Shown here: positions 55,140 through 64,000 of the stretch, one piece after another
Layout of the letters: each line of letters starts with the position of its first letter
How positions within the stretch are numbered: the stretch's first letter is position 1
Source of the DNA: a virus
Virus record (IMG/VR): IMGVR_UViG_3300037851_000102
Location: 32,001 to 96,000 of that record
DNA: 64,000 nucleotides
Reading direction: 5' to 3' (one strand)
Made by a program: the position numbers and the translations under genes
The notes under the pieces: model-generated
The model's database searches: none
What the model was told of the DNA's origin: nothing
Seen by the model: the letters and a program-made list of their open reading frames with translations, nothing else

Positions 55140-55932
55140 TTTTTCACTTAAAGCAAAATTGACAGACATGGGTTACGACGTTGATGCCTTCGATCTCGGC
55201 ATGGTGTCGGCTTTTGAAACTGGACTTGCTGGCATCGCCAAGGGTGCGCAGAATGAATGGATCAGGCTCGCTCAAGAGCGCCTTGGAACTTCAAGAGAAA
55301 TTTACATCAATGGATTGAGGCAGGCCGAGTCTTTCACGGTCAAGGGCTCTCCAACTTCTCCAATTTTTGAAATTCAACTCGTTGGGAATATGCCAAACAA
55401 CTTTGAGTTCGGCATGGCTTCATTTGACATGAAGTCGGTTCGTCCAGGCTGGCTTGGTGGAGCGAAGGCAAAGACCGCAGCGGATGGCTCCAAGTATGTC
55501 GTGATTCCGTTCAGGCATTCAACAGGCGATTCGGCTCGCATGGCGTACACGGGCAAAGCTGCCGCTGTCGATCCAAATCTGAAAGATCAGCTTCGCAAAG
55601 CCGTCAGAGATTACGGCCTTGATCGCATGGTTCGCACGGCCAGTGGCAAAGTTGTCGAAGGAGCGGTCTCAAGAATTCCGAATAAGGCTCCAGTGCATTC
55701 ATATTTGAAGGGCATGGTGAGAACTCAAAAAGGCATGGATGGGACAACCAAAACAGGTCTTCAAAAGGGCTCATCGACGCTGACCACGTTTAGGGTGATG
55801 TCTGAAAAGAGCAGACCTGATTCGTGGATCCATCCAGGCCTTGATGCAGCGAACTTGCTTCCTGAAGTCGAATCGTGGGTGGACAATCAGCTTGGGAACA
55901 TAATTGAAACAGTTTTATCAGGAGATTTTTGA
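55132..55932 (+). CDS. tail completion-like protein
   Basis: FDMK, YVVIPFR, TFRVMSEKS.PDSWIHPG. Confidence 0.7.
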   Translation: MADFSLKAKLTDMGYDVDAFDLGMVSAFETGLAGIAKGAQNEWIRLAQERLGTSREIYINGLRQAESFTVKGSPTSPIFEIQLVGNMPNNFEFGMASFDMKSVRPGWLGGAKAKTAADGSKYVVIPFRHSTGDSARMAYTGKAAAVDPNLKDQLRKAVRDYGLDRMVRTASGKVVEGAVSRIPNKAPVHSYLKGMVRTQKGMDGTTKTGLQKGSSTLTTFRVMSEKSRPDSWIHPGLDAANLLPEVESWVDNQLGNIIETVLSGDF

Positions 55933-56735
55933 TGCAAACTTTAGGAGCAGGTGCATATCAGTATCCACCGCCAGAATTTAAGGAAGATCAGCACTTCGGG
56001 CTTCATCCTGTCGATTTCATTTTGGAGTCAATCCTTCGCGGCGGCCTTGAATGGTTTCGCACGACAGAGGGTGCTGGCAAGCGAGTTTTTGGTCACTTGG
56101 AAGATCCGTGGCTTTCAAAATACGGTGAAGCCAAGATCATTGAGATCACGAATTTCATCAAGAAGTACGAGATCAAGATTGTTCAGCATTTTGCTCTTAT
56201 CGATGCCACTTATCCAACCATTTCGATCCAGCTTCTTGATGGCTCAGAGATGACCGAGAGGGCTGGACTTGCAGATTTCAGGACTCAGATCGACGTGCTG
56301 GATGCTGACAACATGGTGAAAGGAAGAACTGAGGTCGGTTACGCTCCAGTCTTCGACAACATTCAAATCGGCATTCATAACTCGAACACGCCAGACCTGA
56401 CAAAATACCTGTACTATTTGACCATTTACATTTTAAGCGCATTTAAGCCAGAGATGGAGCGCAGAGGTCTTCACCTTGGAACCTTCAGGGCAACAGATCT
56501 CTCGCGAATGAACGAGTTTCTCCCATCCAATATCTATTCGCGTTTTATCAATTTCTCTATTTTTACAATCGCATCGTTCGACAAAGGCATGGTGCCAATA
56601 GTCGAGCAAATCATTGGCGCATCGTATCCAAGTTCTTCTTTAGGTGGAGAGGCGGTCGAATCGTCCGATAATGCGATTGAGAACGTAGAAACTGGATTGA
56701 GATTAAGCGATACGAATCAATCGAGTGGAGGTTAA
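55929..56735 (+). CDS. tail terminator-like protein
   Basis: Position upstream of the sheath gene; PTISIQL..E motif. Confidence 0.55.
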   Translation: MMQTLGAGAYQYPPPEFKEDQHFGLHPVDFILESILRGGLEWFRTTEGAGKRVFGHLEDPWLSKYGEAKIIEITNFIKKYEIKIVQHFALIDATYPTISIQLLDGSEMTERAGLADFRTQIDVLDADNMVKGRTEVGYAPVFDNIQIGIHNSNTPDLTKYLYYLTIYILSAFKPEMERRGLHLGTFRATDLSRMNEFLPSNIYSRFINFSIFTIASFDKGMVPIVEQIIGASYPSSSLGGEAVESSDNAIENVETGLRLSDTNQSSGG

Positions 56736-56737
56736 GT

Positions 56738-57064
56738 ATGGCTGAAGATAAAGAAAAGGCTCGATTTGGACGGAAGGAAGTGCGTGAAGAACGTGCTGAA
56801 CCCGTTGCAGAGTCAAGCTGGCTTGAAAAGAAGATCAAAGCGATCAACGAATCGGCCATGCCTGAAGCTCAAAAGAAAGCCTTGCTGAAAGAGATTGGGG
56901 CGATCCACGATGAATCTGCGGATGGTAAAATTCCGTTCAACGTGTACGCCAGAATAAGAAAAATCGAGATTGGTCGGCAAAAGGCAATGATGGCCTATCC
57001 GAAAGCAAGGCTTAAAAACATGAACTCACTCGAAGAGTGGGATCAAATCTTTAAAGAATTTTAA
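56738..57064 (+). CDS. hypothetical protein
   Basis: GGAGGT ribosome-binding site. Confidence 0.7.
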   Translation: MAEDKEKARFGRKEVREERAEPVAESSWLEKKIKAINESAMPEAQKKALLKEIGAIHDESADGKIPFNVYARIRKIEIGRQKAMMAYPKARLKNMNSLEEWDQIFKEF

Positions 57065-57074
57065 GGGGGATTAA

Positions 57075-59207
57075 ATGGCAATTAAGCGCACATTCAATGG
57101 AGCGACGATTATCAAGCCAGGTGCGTACTCGAAAATCGTCGTCGAGAATCTTACTGGCTTCCCTCTACAGCCCACAGGTGTCGTTGGCATCGTTGGTGAA
57201 GCTGTAGGTGGAGAACCGCACGTTTTGGATTTCTTGAGCAAAGAAGGCATTCAAGATGCCAAGGCTCGATATAAAGAAGGCCCAATCGCAGATGCTCTTG
57301 AGCTTCTTGCGAATCCTTCTTTCGATCCACGAATTCCAAACGGCGCAAGTCAAATCGTTGTTTACAAGACCAATGCAGGCACACAATCTGCGCGGGCTCT
57401 TGCAAACGACCACGGCACACCCGTAACGGCTTTGAATCTAACCTCAAAGAATTGGGGCGATGATGAGAACCAGTTATCGGTCGCTGTAAACGCTGGAGCA
57501 ATCTTGGATGCACACGCATTCATTGGTGGATCTGTAGCAGGCCCGTACACACTGGCTGGCGCAGAGACTCTGATCGTGATTGCAAATGGCGTTTCTTATA
57601 CGTTCACGAATACTCTGACAGGTTCAACAACCGCTGCGGCTTTAATCGCAGAGTTGAACACTCCTGCACGATGGGCTCCTTCTAAGCCTGTGATCGCTGC
57701 CGCTCACAACACAACTGCAATCAAGATCACTCTTGATCCAACAGTTGTTACTGGCGGTCAATACGATTACGGATGCTTGAAGATCAATGCAGCATCGACC
57801 ATCGACACAATCGTAGGTATCACTGGCGAAGCTCGCGGTGTGAAAGGTTCTCGAATCTTCACATTCACAAAGGGCACGTTCAGCGAAACTTCGTTGGATC
57901 TTGGCGGTGTGAAAGAGCTTCAAGTGAAGTATGTTGGAGCGGGAACTGCGGCGACCTTAGACATCCAAGATGTTTCAGGCGAAAAAGTTCTTTCAACAGT
58001 AATCACTGGAACTCCAGCGGACAACTTGAGCATCGTTCTTGTGGACGACCAAGGTCGAAACAAGTACACGATGAAAGCTCTCGCAGATCTTATCAACTCT
58101 CACGCAGCATACGAAGCAAGCGCAGTTGGGCCGAACCCACTCGCAAATGCTGGTTTGCTTGATTACGTTGATGATCTTGAGATCATGACTGTCGCTGCGA
58201 CAATCACCAAAGATATGTATGAAATCGAAAGCTACATCAACACGTTCACAACTCTTGCGAACGCTGCGAAGGTGTCAAACGTAGAGCGCGGTCTTGCGAT
58301 TGTTGCAAGTCCAGTGTTCTTCTCTGGCGGTTCAGATGGAGTGAGTGCGAACAGCGATTTCGCGGATGGATTTGAGGCTTTCAAAGAAGCTCGAATCAAC
58401 GTGGTTGTTCCATTGATTTCAAAAGATATCGGTGCATTGACTATCGATTCGATCAACGCTCTTGCCGCTTCACACGCAGCATGGGGCTGGTCAACGACTG
58501 GTAAGAGTGAGCGAGCAGGATTTATTTCAATCGAAGGCTCTAAGACAGCGTTCAAGGATGCTGCGAAGGCCATCAATTCTGGATACGTTTCAATCGTCGG
58601 CCAACAGGTTCGAGTTCTTGATAAGTTCGGGAATTTGAACTGGAAGGATCCTTGGGCTCTTGCTTGTATCCTTGCGGGTATGAGAGCGGGTGCTGAGGTT
58701 GGTGAACCTTTGACGAGCAAGACCATCAACGTGAACGATGTTCGCGTGACAGATGGATCTTGGCAGCCTCGTAAAGATTACGCCGAGATGATCGAAGCTG
58801 GATGTACGATTGTTGAGCCTCTGGACACTGGCGGATTCCGCTGCGTTCTTGGCAACACGACGTATGTTACCGATGGCAGTTTCGTGTGGAACCGAGAATC
58901 AGTTGTTCAAGCGGCAGGCTATGTGGCCTACGACCTTCGATTCAACTTGGATCTTCAGTTCACAGGAAGCAAGGCAAGGACTGGAACCGCAGAAGCAATT
59001 GCGAACTTCGTTAAGAATCGCATGAGCTTGTATCTTGATGCAGACATCATCGTTGGAGACGACGACAATGAAGGTATCGGTTACAAAAACTTGAGCGTGG
59101 TCGTTCAAGGGAATACGGCTCTAATCAATGTGTCGATCACTCCTGTTCAGGGAATCGACTTTATCTTGCCAACAATCTATCTCGCCGACATTAGGCAGAG
59201 TGCATAA
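57075..59207 (+). CDS. tail sheath protein
   Basis: KPGAYS, GEAVGGEP, WG...N, GEPLT.K, C-terminal ITPVQGIDFI; 710 aa. Confidence 0.93.
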   Translation: MAIKRTFNGATIIKPGAYSKIVVENLTGFPLQPTGVVGIVGEAVGGEPHVLDFLSKEGIQDAKARYKEGPIADALELLANPSFDPRIPNGASQIVVYKTNAGTQSARALANDHGTPVTALNLTSKNWGDDENQLSVAVNAGAILDAHAFIGGSVAGPYTLAGAETLIVIANGVSYTFTNTLTGSTTAAALIAELNTPARWAPSKPVIAAAHNTTAIKITLDPTVVTGGQYDYGCLKINAASTIDTIVGITGEARGVKGSRIFTFTKGTFSETSLDLGGVKELQVKYVGAGTAATLDIQDVSGEKVLSTVITGTPADNLSIVLVDDQGRNKYTMKALADLINSHAAYEASAVGPNPLANAGLLDYVDDLEIMTVAATITKDMYEIESYINTFTTLANAAKVSNVERGLAIVASPVFFSGGSDGVSANSDFADGFEAFKEARINVVVPLISKDIGALTIDSINALAASHAAWGWSTTGKSERAGFISIEGSKTAFKDAAKAINSGYVSIVGQQVRVLDKFGNLNWKDPWALACILAGMRAGAEVGEPLTSKTINVNDVRVTDGSWQPRKDYAEMIEAGCTIVEPLDTGGFRCVLGNTTYVTDGSFVWNRESVVQAAGYVAYDLRFNLDLQFTGSKARTGTAEAIANFVKNRMSLYLDADIIVGDDDNEGIGYKNLSVVVQGNTALINVSITPVQGIDFILPTIYLADIRQSA

Positions 59208-59220
59208 GGAGAGGTGAACT

Positions 59221-59634
59221 ATGTCACAAGTAATGACAGGTGCGAAGGCGATCTTCAGATTGAACGGCAATCAAGTCGCATTCGCTTCCAGTGTAACGTA
59301 CAACGAGAACATTCAACTTGAAGAAGTGAATGTCCTCGACAATTTGGCAGTCGTAGAACACGCAGAGGTAGGATATCGAGTTGATATGTCCTGCCAAAAC
59401 TTCCGCGTGGCGAATCAATCGGTCAAACAGCTTGGCATTATGTCCAAGCTCAATGCGATCCTCACTCAAGGTGAGTTGACCGCAGAGATCATTGATCGCA
59501 CGACCAACGCAGTTATCCTTCTCATGGAAGGTGTCAAACTTGAGAGTCGTCAGACTTCAGTTGATGCCCGTGGGATCATGACTGAAACGTGGTCGTTCAA
59601 GGGACGCAAGTCCTCAGATGAAGCTGGTCAATAA
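59221..59634 (+). CDS. tail tube protein
   Basis: 137 aa beta-rich protein directly after the sheath gene. Confidence 0.85.
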   Translation: MSQVMTGAKAIFRLNGNQVAFASSVTYNENIQLEEVNVLDNLAVVEHAEVGYRVDMSCQNFRVANQSVKQLGIMSKLNAILTQGELTAEIIDRTTNAVILLMEGVKLESRQTSVDARGIMTETWSFKGRKSSDEAGQ

Positions 59635-59636
59635 CG

Positions 59637-59657
59637 ACCAACTTCTACGTCGAAGTT
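59637..59657 (+). repeat. dispersed near-palindromic motif (parS-like), intergenic
   Basis: AACTTCTACGTCGAAGTT, an 18 bp palindrome with one mismatched pair. Confidence 0.6.
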
Positions 59658-59691
59658 TGAATTTGTAGTGAAATTAAGAGGTTAGGTTGAC

Positions 59692-60117
59692 ATGAAAAAA
59701 GAATATAAACTCCCCAACATGGAACACAAATTCCATGTTGAGGTTACAGGTGAAGAATCCAAAATCGTGTGGGTCGGTGACTTTTTGTATCGCCGACCTA
59801 CGCTTCGTGAACGAGCCATGTCCGATGTTATGCGAGCCCGATTAAACGGCGACTTGATGACAATCGATGAGGACATCCGAGCATACAATGAGGCCATCTC
59901 ATTCTTGCGATTCACTCTCAAAGAATACCCTGATTGGTGGAAGGACACTGATTTCGGGGCGAATATGTACGATGCGAACGTCGTTATCGAAGTTCACAAC
60001 AAGTGCATGGAATTTGAGGCGAAGTGGCGTGAGAAGGTTTATGGCGGCAAGCCAGAGGATGTAAAGGATGGCTCAGTACAAGGGGCTGAATTGGCTTCTC
60101 AGGGACAAGAGCCTTGA
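59692..60117 (+). CDS. tail assembly chaperone
   Basis: Lies between tube and tape measure genes; G.F...RPT, PDWW. Confidence 0.75.
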   Translation: MKKEYKLPNMEHKFHVEVTGEESKIVWVGDFLYRRPTLRERAMSDVMRARLNGDLMTIDEDIRAYNEAISFLRFTLKEYPDWWKDTDFGANMYDANVVIEVHNKCMEFEAKWREKVYGGKPEDVKDGSVQGAELASQGQEP

Positions 60118-60577
60118 TGATTCCAGCAATCTCCACAGAATTGCGATAGCAAGTCTTCAGGACTCGAACAGAGTCCTTGAGCGTTGGTGGACGAAGAAGT
60201 ATCAGCGGCCTCTTAAAGATTGGGAAGATCATGTGAGCGAAGAGCTTGTGATCGAGATGCTGGAAGATTTCTATGAAGCACAGCCAGCCGAAGTTCACAA
60301 ATTCCTTCTCACAGAAGATGCGAAACAGTCTGGCGAATGGGATGGCCGCGTTTCTCCAGAGCATGAAGATCGAATGAAGAAGGTCTGGAGCAAGAAGAAA
60401 CAGGTCGATATCTCAAAATACCAGTCGAAAGATGAGCTAACGCCAGAGCAAGAAGAAGAGATTTTGGCAAACCTTGGAAGAGGATTGCCTGGATCAAGAG
60501 TTGTGACGAAGAAGGGTAACGAAGTGACTCTCGGCAAAGACGATGAATTTGAAGAGAAGTTCGATACTCTCGGCTAA
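60068..60577 (+). CDS. second tail assembly chaperone-like protein
   Basis: WW.KKY..P motif; precedes the tape measure gene. Confidence 0.65.
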   Translation: MAQYKGLNWLLRDKSLDDSSNLHRIAIASLQDSNRVLERWWTKKYQRPLKDWEDHVSEELVIEMLEDFYEAQPAEVHKFLLTEDAKQSGEWDGRVSPEHEDRMKKVWSKKKQVDISKYQSKDELTPEQEEEILANLGRGLPGSRVVTKKGNEVTLGKDDEFEEKFDTLG

Positions 60578-60586
60578 GGAGATGAG

Positions 60587-62896
60587 ATGGCAAGGACGGC
60601 AAAGGTATCGTTGACAGCGGATGTGAGAGGCTTCAAGGGCGCAGTTGATGATGCCAGAAAGTCTCTCGCCTCACTAAAAGATATCGATGTCGCGCCAGAG
60701 TCGGCCAAGAAGCTCAAAGATTTAATTTCAAAAGATTTAATCAAACAAGCTGATACCGTCAAAACTAAGATGGAAGAGATCTCTGTCAATCTTGAGAAGA
60801 TTGCCAGCGGTCAAGAGGCGTTTGATTCTCGAAAAGTCGTCAACTACACAGCGGCTTTAAAAAATCTCAAGCAACAATTGAAAGACATCAATACCGAGCA
60901 GGCCAATGTTGATAAGGGCGCGTTCGGCGATTTCAAAGATAAATTCATGGGCTCTCAGATTCCTGGAATGGGTGGAGCCAAGGGCGGCGGCGGTAAAGGC
61001 ATTATGGGATCGCTTGGCGGTCTCAAGAGCTTGATTGCTCCTGTTCTTGGTGCGCTTGGTGTGCGAGCCATGTTTGGCCGTGCAACGGGAATTGCAGATG
61101 AGAGATTGGCTCAAAGAGCTTTGACGAGAGATGCAGGATACGTTGGCGAAGATTCAAAGTATGGATATTTGCCAAGCGAGCGCCGTCAATCAGCGGCCAT
61201 GTTCGCTTCTCAGGCGGGCGCTATTGATTCAGGAAGATTGACTGGCCTTGTTGATATGGGCGAGCAGATTGAACGCGCCTACGGGGTTAAGAGAGAGGAT
61301 TCTGCATCATTTACTGGAGCGGCTCGAAGAGCGGGTGTGAGTGACACTGGTAAGGCTCTTTCAAACTCAATCGGTGCAGCGGTCGCCGCAGGATTAGAGG
61401 GCTCGAAGATCGGCGAATACTTGAATGGTATGCGCGGATTTATGGAAGAGATGTCTCAAGGAATCAATGTTGATAATGATTCTTTGAACGGTTTCGCAGC
61501 GGCGATGGGCACACTTCCGTTTTTCAAAAACGATCCAAGCAGAATTTTTTCTGCATTGAGATCAATGGATCAAACATTTAAAGGCGGAGATCGATTCCAG
61601 CAAGCGATGGGCACAAGAGCGATTCTTGCGTCAGCACCTGGAGCTTCTGCATCTGCAACAGAATTCCGTCGCAGCATGGGCTTATTTGGTGAGCTTGATG
61701 AAGGCACACTGAAACAGCTTGATGCCGCAGGCGTTGATACTCGCGCAATGAGAGTTGGCGGCGCAGATGTCGTGAGCAATATGTTCAAAGACATCATGTC
61801 TTCAACAGAGGGCATGAGTCCAGATGACCAATTGTACGCATTCCAACAAAGAACAGGATTGGAAGCTGGGCCCGCAGCGGAGATCTTTGCACAATTGAAA
61901 TCTGGAAGACCTGATATGAAGGGCATTTCAGACAAGCTCAAAGAAGCTGCGATGAGCCCTGAAGAAAGATTGAATAAAACATTTAAGAACGCTGAGGGCT
62001 CAATCAAAGATCTCGAGGCAAAAATTGATCGATTGATCGAAGTTATTTCGATGGAACTTGTTCCGCCACTTGTAAAGTTTGTTCAATGGATCACAAGCAA
62101 GATGGGACAGGCTGAAGGACTTTTTGATACCGTTCAAAATACTGGAGAAACTGTCGCGACAGGCGCGATGATGGCTGGCGGATTGTACGCTGGATCGAAA
62201 GCGATGGGTGCGGCTGGAGCCGTTGCGAAATCTGCTCCTGGCAAAGCCGTTGGCAGAGGATTACAGAAATTTGGCGGCAAAGCGGCTCAAAAAGTTTTAC
62301 CAAAAACTTTGGCAAAAGGTGGAGCGAAAGCTGTTGGTCAAGCGATCCCATTTGTGGGCAACGCGATCAACGCTGTGGCCGCTTATCAAAAATATCAAGA
62401 GATTGAAGATAAGGGTGGATGGGACAAGGCAAGCAAGGCTGATAAAGCCGCATTGATGGCCTATGGCGGTGGAACGCTATTCCCTTGGCTTGGATGGGCT
62501 GGTCTTGGTGCAGATGTTTATTCTGACTTCCAAGGCGGCGGAGACGCTGGGCCTCAAGCCCCTGCGGGCGGCGGAGCAATGATGCCGACTCCTTCTGACA
62601 AGATGGCGACTGGCGGATTCGATATCAACAACATTACAAATCCAACGAGTGCTTTAAGCTCTCCTCTTTCTCCTCAAGTTGGATCTCCGATGATTCCGCC
62701 ATCGATTGCGGCACCGAGAGCATCGGCTCCATCACTTCCTTCTGTTTCTCTTGAGGACACAATCACTCGCGAAAACACCATTGCGATTCAAGGTCTCACG
62801 CAGGCGATTATTCGCACAAAGCCAAACGCATACACGCCGAATCCTTCATACGCGAACCCAACAAGGATGAATGAGCGGGCAGTGGGCAAGAGGTAA
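60587..62896 (+). CDS. tape measure protein
   Basis: Ala/Gly-rich helical protein of 769 aa at the canonical position. Confidence 0.8.
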   Translation: MARTAKVSLTADVRGFKGAVDDARKSLASLKDIDVAPESAKKLKDLISKDLIKQADTVKTKMEEISVNLEKIASGQEAFDSRKVVNYTAALKNLKQQLKDINTEQANVDKGAFGDFKDKFMGSQIPGMGGAKGGGGKGIMGSLGGLKSLIAPVLGALGVRAMFGRATGIADERLAQRALTRDAGYVGEDSKYGYLPSERRQSAAMFASQAGAIDSGRLTGLVDMGEQIERAYGVKREDSASFTGAARRAGVSDTGKALSNSIGAAVAAGLEGSKIGEYLNGMRGFMEEMSQGINVDNDSLNGFAAAMGTLPFFKNDPSRIFSALRSMDQTFKGGDRFQQAMGTRAILASAPGASASATEFRRSMGLFGELDEGTLKQLDAAGVDTRAMRVGGADVVSNMFKDIMSSTEGMSPDDQLYAFQQRTGLEAGPAAEIFAQLKSGRPDMKGISDKLKEAAMSPEERLNKTFKNAEGSIKDLEAKIDRLIEVISMELVPPLVKFVQWITSKMGQAEGLFDTVQNTGETVATGAMMAGGLYAGSKAMGAAGAVAKSAPGKAVGRGLQKFGGKAAQKVLPKTLAKGGAKAVGQAIPFVGNAINAVAAYQKYQEIEDKGGWDKASKADKAALMAYGGGTLFPWLGWAGLGADVYSDFQGGGDAGPQAPAGGGAMMPTPSDKMATGGFDINNITNPTSALSSPLSPQVGSPMIPPSIAAPRASAPSLPSVSLEDTITRENTIAIQGLTQAIIRTKPNAYTPNPSYANPTRMNERAVGKR

Positions 62897-62899
62897 CGA

Positions 62900-64000
62900 G
62901 TGGCAATTTCAAAATCTCTTGATAGAAGACAGAGCGACAAGACAACAGTGTTCAGAGGATTCCCTCTTGCAGATCGCGCAATCGCGACAAGAACATCGTA
63001 TGCAAAGATCGTTTATTATCACTACAAGAAACAAAACTTCGGCAAGCCAACAAATCTTCGAGATGGCGGAGAGCCGTTTCTTGGCGTCGAAGTCGGCGTG
63101 ATCGATAACGACATTGATTCAATTCAGGTTTCAAAATCAATCCAAGCTGCGAGTGGAACTTTTGAGTTCTCTCTCCTTCCAAGTCAAAACTGGAAGGGAG
63201 TTTTATCTCCTGGCGATTGGGTTTTAATTTATTTGTTCAACGAATTCCAAGCCGAAGGCGAGCCGCAAGACACTCGAAACTGCCTTATGATCGGCAACAT
63301 TGATCGCGTTTCTCGCTCGCTACAAAGAGATGAAGATGAGGACAAAGTTTCACTTCGTTATCGTGTGGCAGGAAGAAACTTCGGCAAAGTGTTTGAAGAA
63401 ACTGATCTCTGGTATGATCCATACGCAGAGCAGGTGAACACTCTTGATGTTGCTTTGAGAAATGCAGGATTAGAAATTCTCGGCAATCCAACAGATCTCG
63501 TTTCAAACCTTGTGGACATATTCTTGGGCTCTGGCGGACAAACGGCAAGCGGAGCGACTTCAGACTTGAAGCCGTGGAGAATTCCATCTCTTCTTGCTGG
63601 CAAACTTGGAGCGACTATCGCAGGTGTTTTGAATAGTAATTCTCCCGAACTCTTGAGCCTCTTGGGGACTACGGTCAGCGGAGCGGGCTCAATAAGCTCT
63701 GAAGACAAGTTTTATGATATTTTAAAAACAGACATTCAAGATGAGCTTCCTGGATTCAAAGCTCGCGAAATGCTCACAGTGGATTCAAACGGATCTCTGT
63801 GGGACATGATTAAGCGAAATTCAAATGAGCTTGTGAACGAAGTTTATCTTGAAGAAGTTCGCAACACGGATGGAACGATCAATCCAACGCTGGTATTGAA
63901 GCCGCGTCCAATTCAAACTCCTTTCTTTGAAGATCTCTTCACAGTTGGTGAACCGCCAAGGACTCCGCCTGTCGAGAAAGATGTTACTTATCGAATCAAG
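62900..64000 (+). CDS. baseplate hub-like protein, 3' partial
   Basis: Frame from GTG at 62900 reads VSKSIQAASGTFEFSL...SPGDWVLIY...GNIDRVSR...GRNFGKVF and appears to run off the window. Confidence 0.7.
   Translation, partial: MAISKSLDRRQSDKTTVFRGFPLADRAIATRTSYAKIVYYHYKKQNFGKPTNLRDGGEPFLGVEVGVIDNDIDSIQVSKSIQAASGTFEFSLLPSQNWKGVLSPGDWVLIYLFNEFQAEGEPQDTRNCLMIGNIDRVSRSLQRDEDEDKVSLRYRVAGRNFGKVFEETDLWYDPYAEQVNTLDVALRNAGLEILGNPTDLVSNLVDIFLGSGGQTASGATSDLKPWRIPSLLAGKLGATIAGVLNSNSPELLSLLGTTVSGAGSISSEDKFYDILKTDIQDELPGFKAREMLTVDSNGSLWDMIKRNSNELVNEVYLEEVRNTDGTINPTLVLKPRPIQTPFFEDLFTVGEPPRTPPVEKDVTYRIK

Noticed and set aside
57038-57064. WDQIFKEF* as another member of the tag family
   Set aside because: Only the hydrophobic spacing matches; it lacks the Phe and the Ala/Gly-Leu pair.
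60065-60117. Programmed -1 frameshift between the tail chaperone genes
   Set aside because: The downstream ORF is in the +1 frame, has its own ATG, and no clear slippery heptamer is visible in the overlap.
1-64000. tRNA, rRNA, CRISPR array, integrase or alternative genetic code
   Set aside because: None seen; conserved genes are intact under the standard code and TAA, TAG and TGA all act as stops.

Overview
A 64 kb segment of a large contractile-tailed (myovirus-type) phage genome. Nearly all real genes are on the + strand; the one convincing minus-strand gene is an HNH nuclease. Order: amidase endolysin; replication/recombination block (nucleotide kinase, DksA/TraR-type finger, DnaE-type polymerase, UvsY-like, gp32-like SSB, RecA, SbcD/SbcC, resolvase); about 10 kb of small accessory genes; fibre-like virion genes; terminase large subunit; DNA methyltransferase; cold-shock protein; FliA-like sigma factor; then a SPO1/Twort-like head and tail module (portal, MuF-like, prohead protease, scaffold, major capsid, neck, sheath, tube, chaperones, tape measure, partial baseplate hub). 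The main unexplained signal is that 15 otherwise unrelated small proteins end in the same C-terminal motif, F-x-x-[AG]-L-x-x-L-COOH, conserved in protein but not in DNA. Several of them carry N-terminal parts resembling fragments of tail or baseplate proteins. This suggests a modular 'variable binder + common docking tag' system. Other notable items: an HNH gene nested antisense inside an uninterrupted methyltransferase frame; large head-associated proteins with repeated K-[S/A/G] protease-site motifs carrying SAM-lyase-like and Nudix domains; a recurring parS-like motif; an identical 36 bp leaderless promoter used twice; and sigma-28-type promoters matching the phage sigma factor. All family assignments come from motif recognition by eye; no database searches were run.
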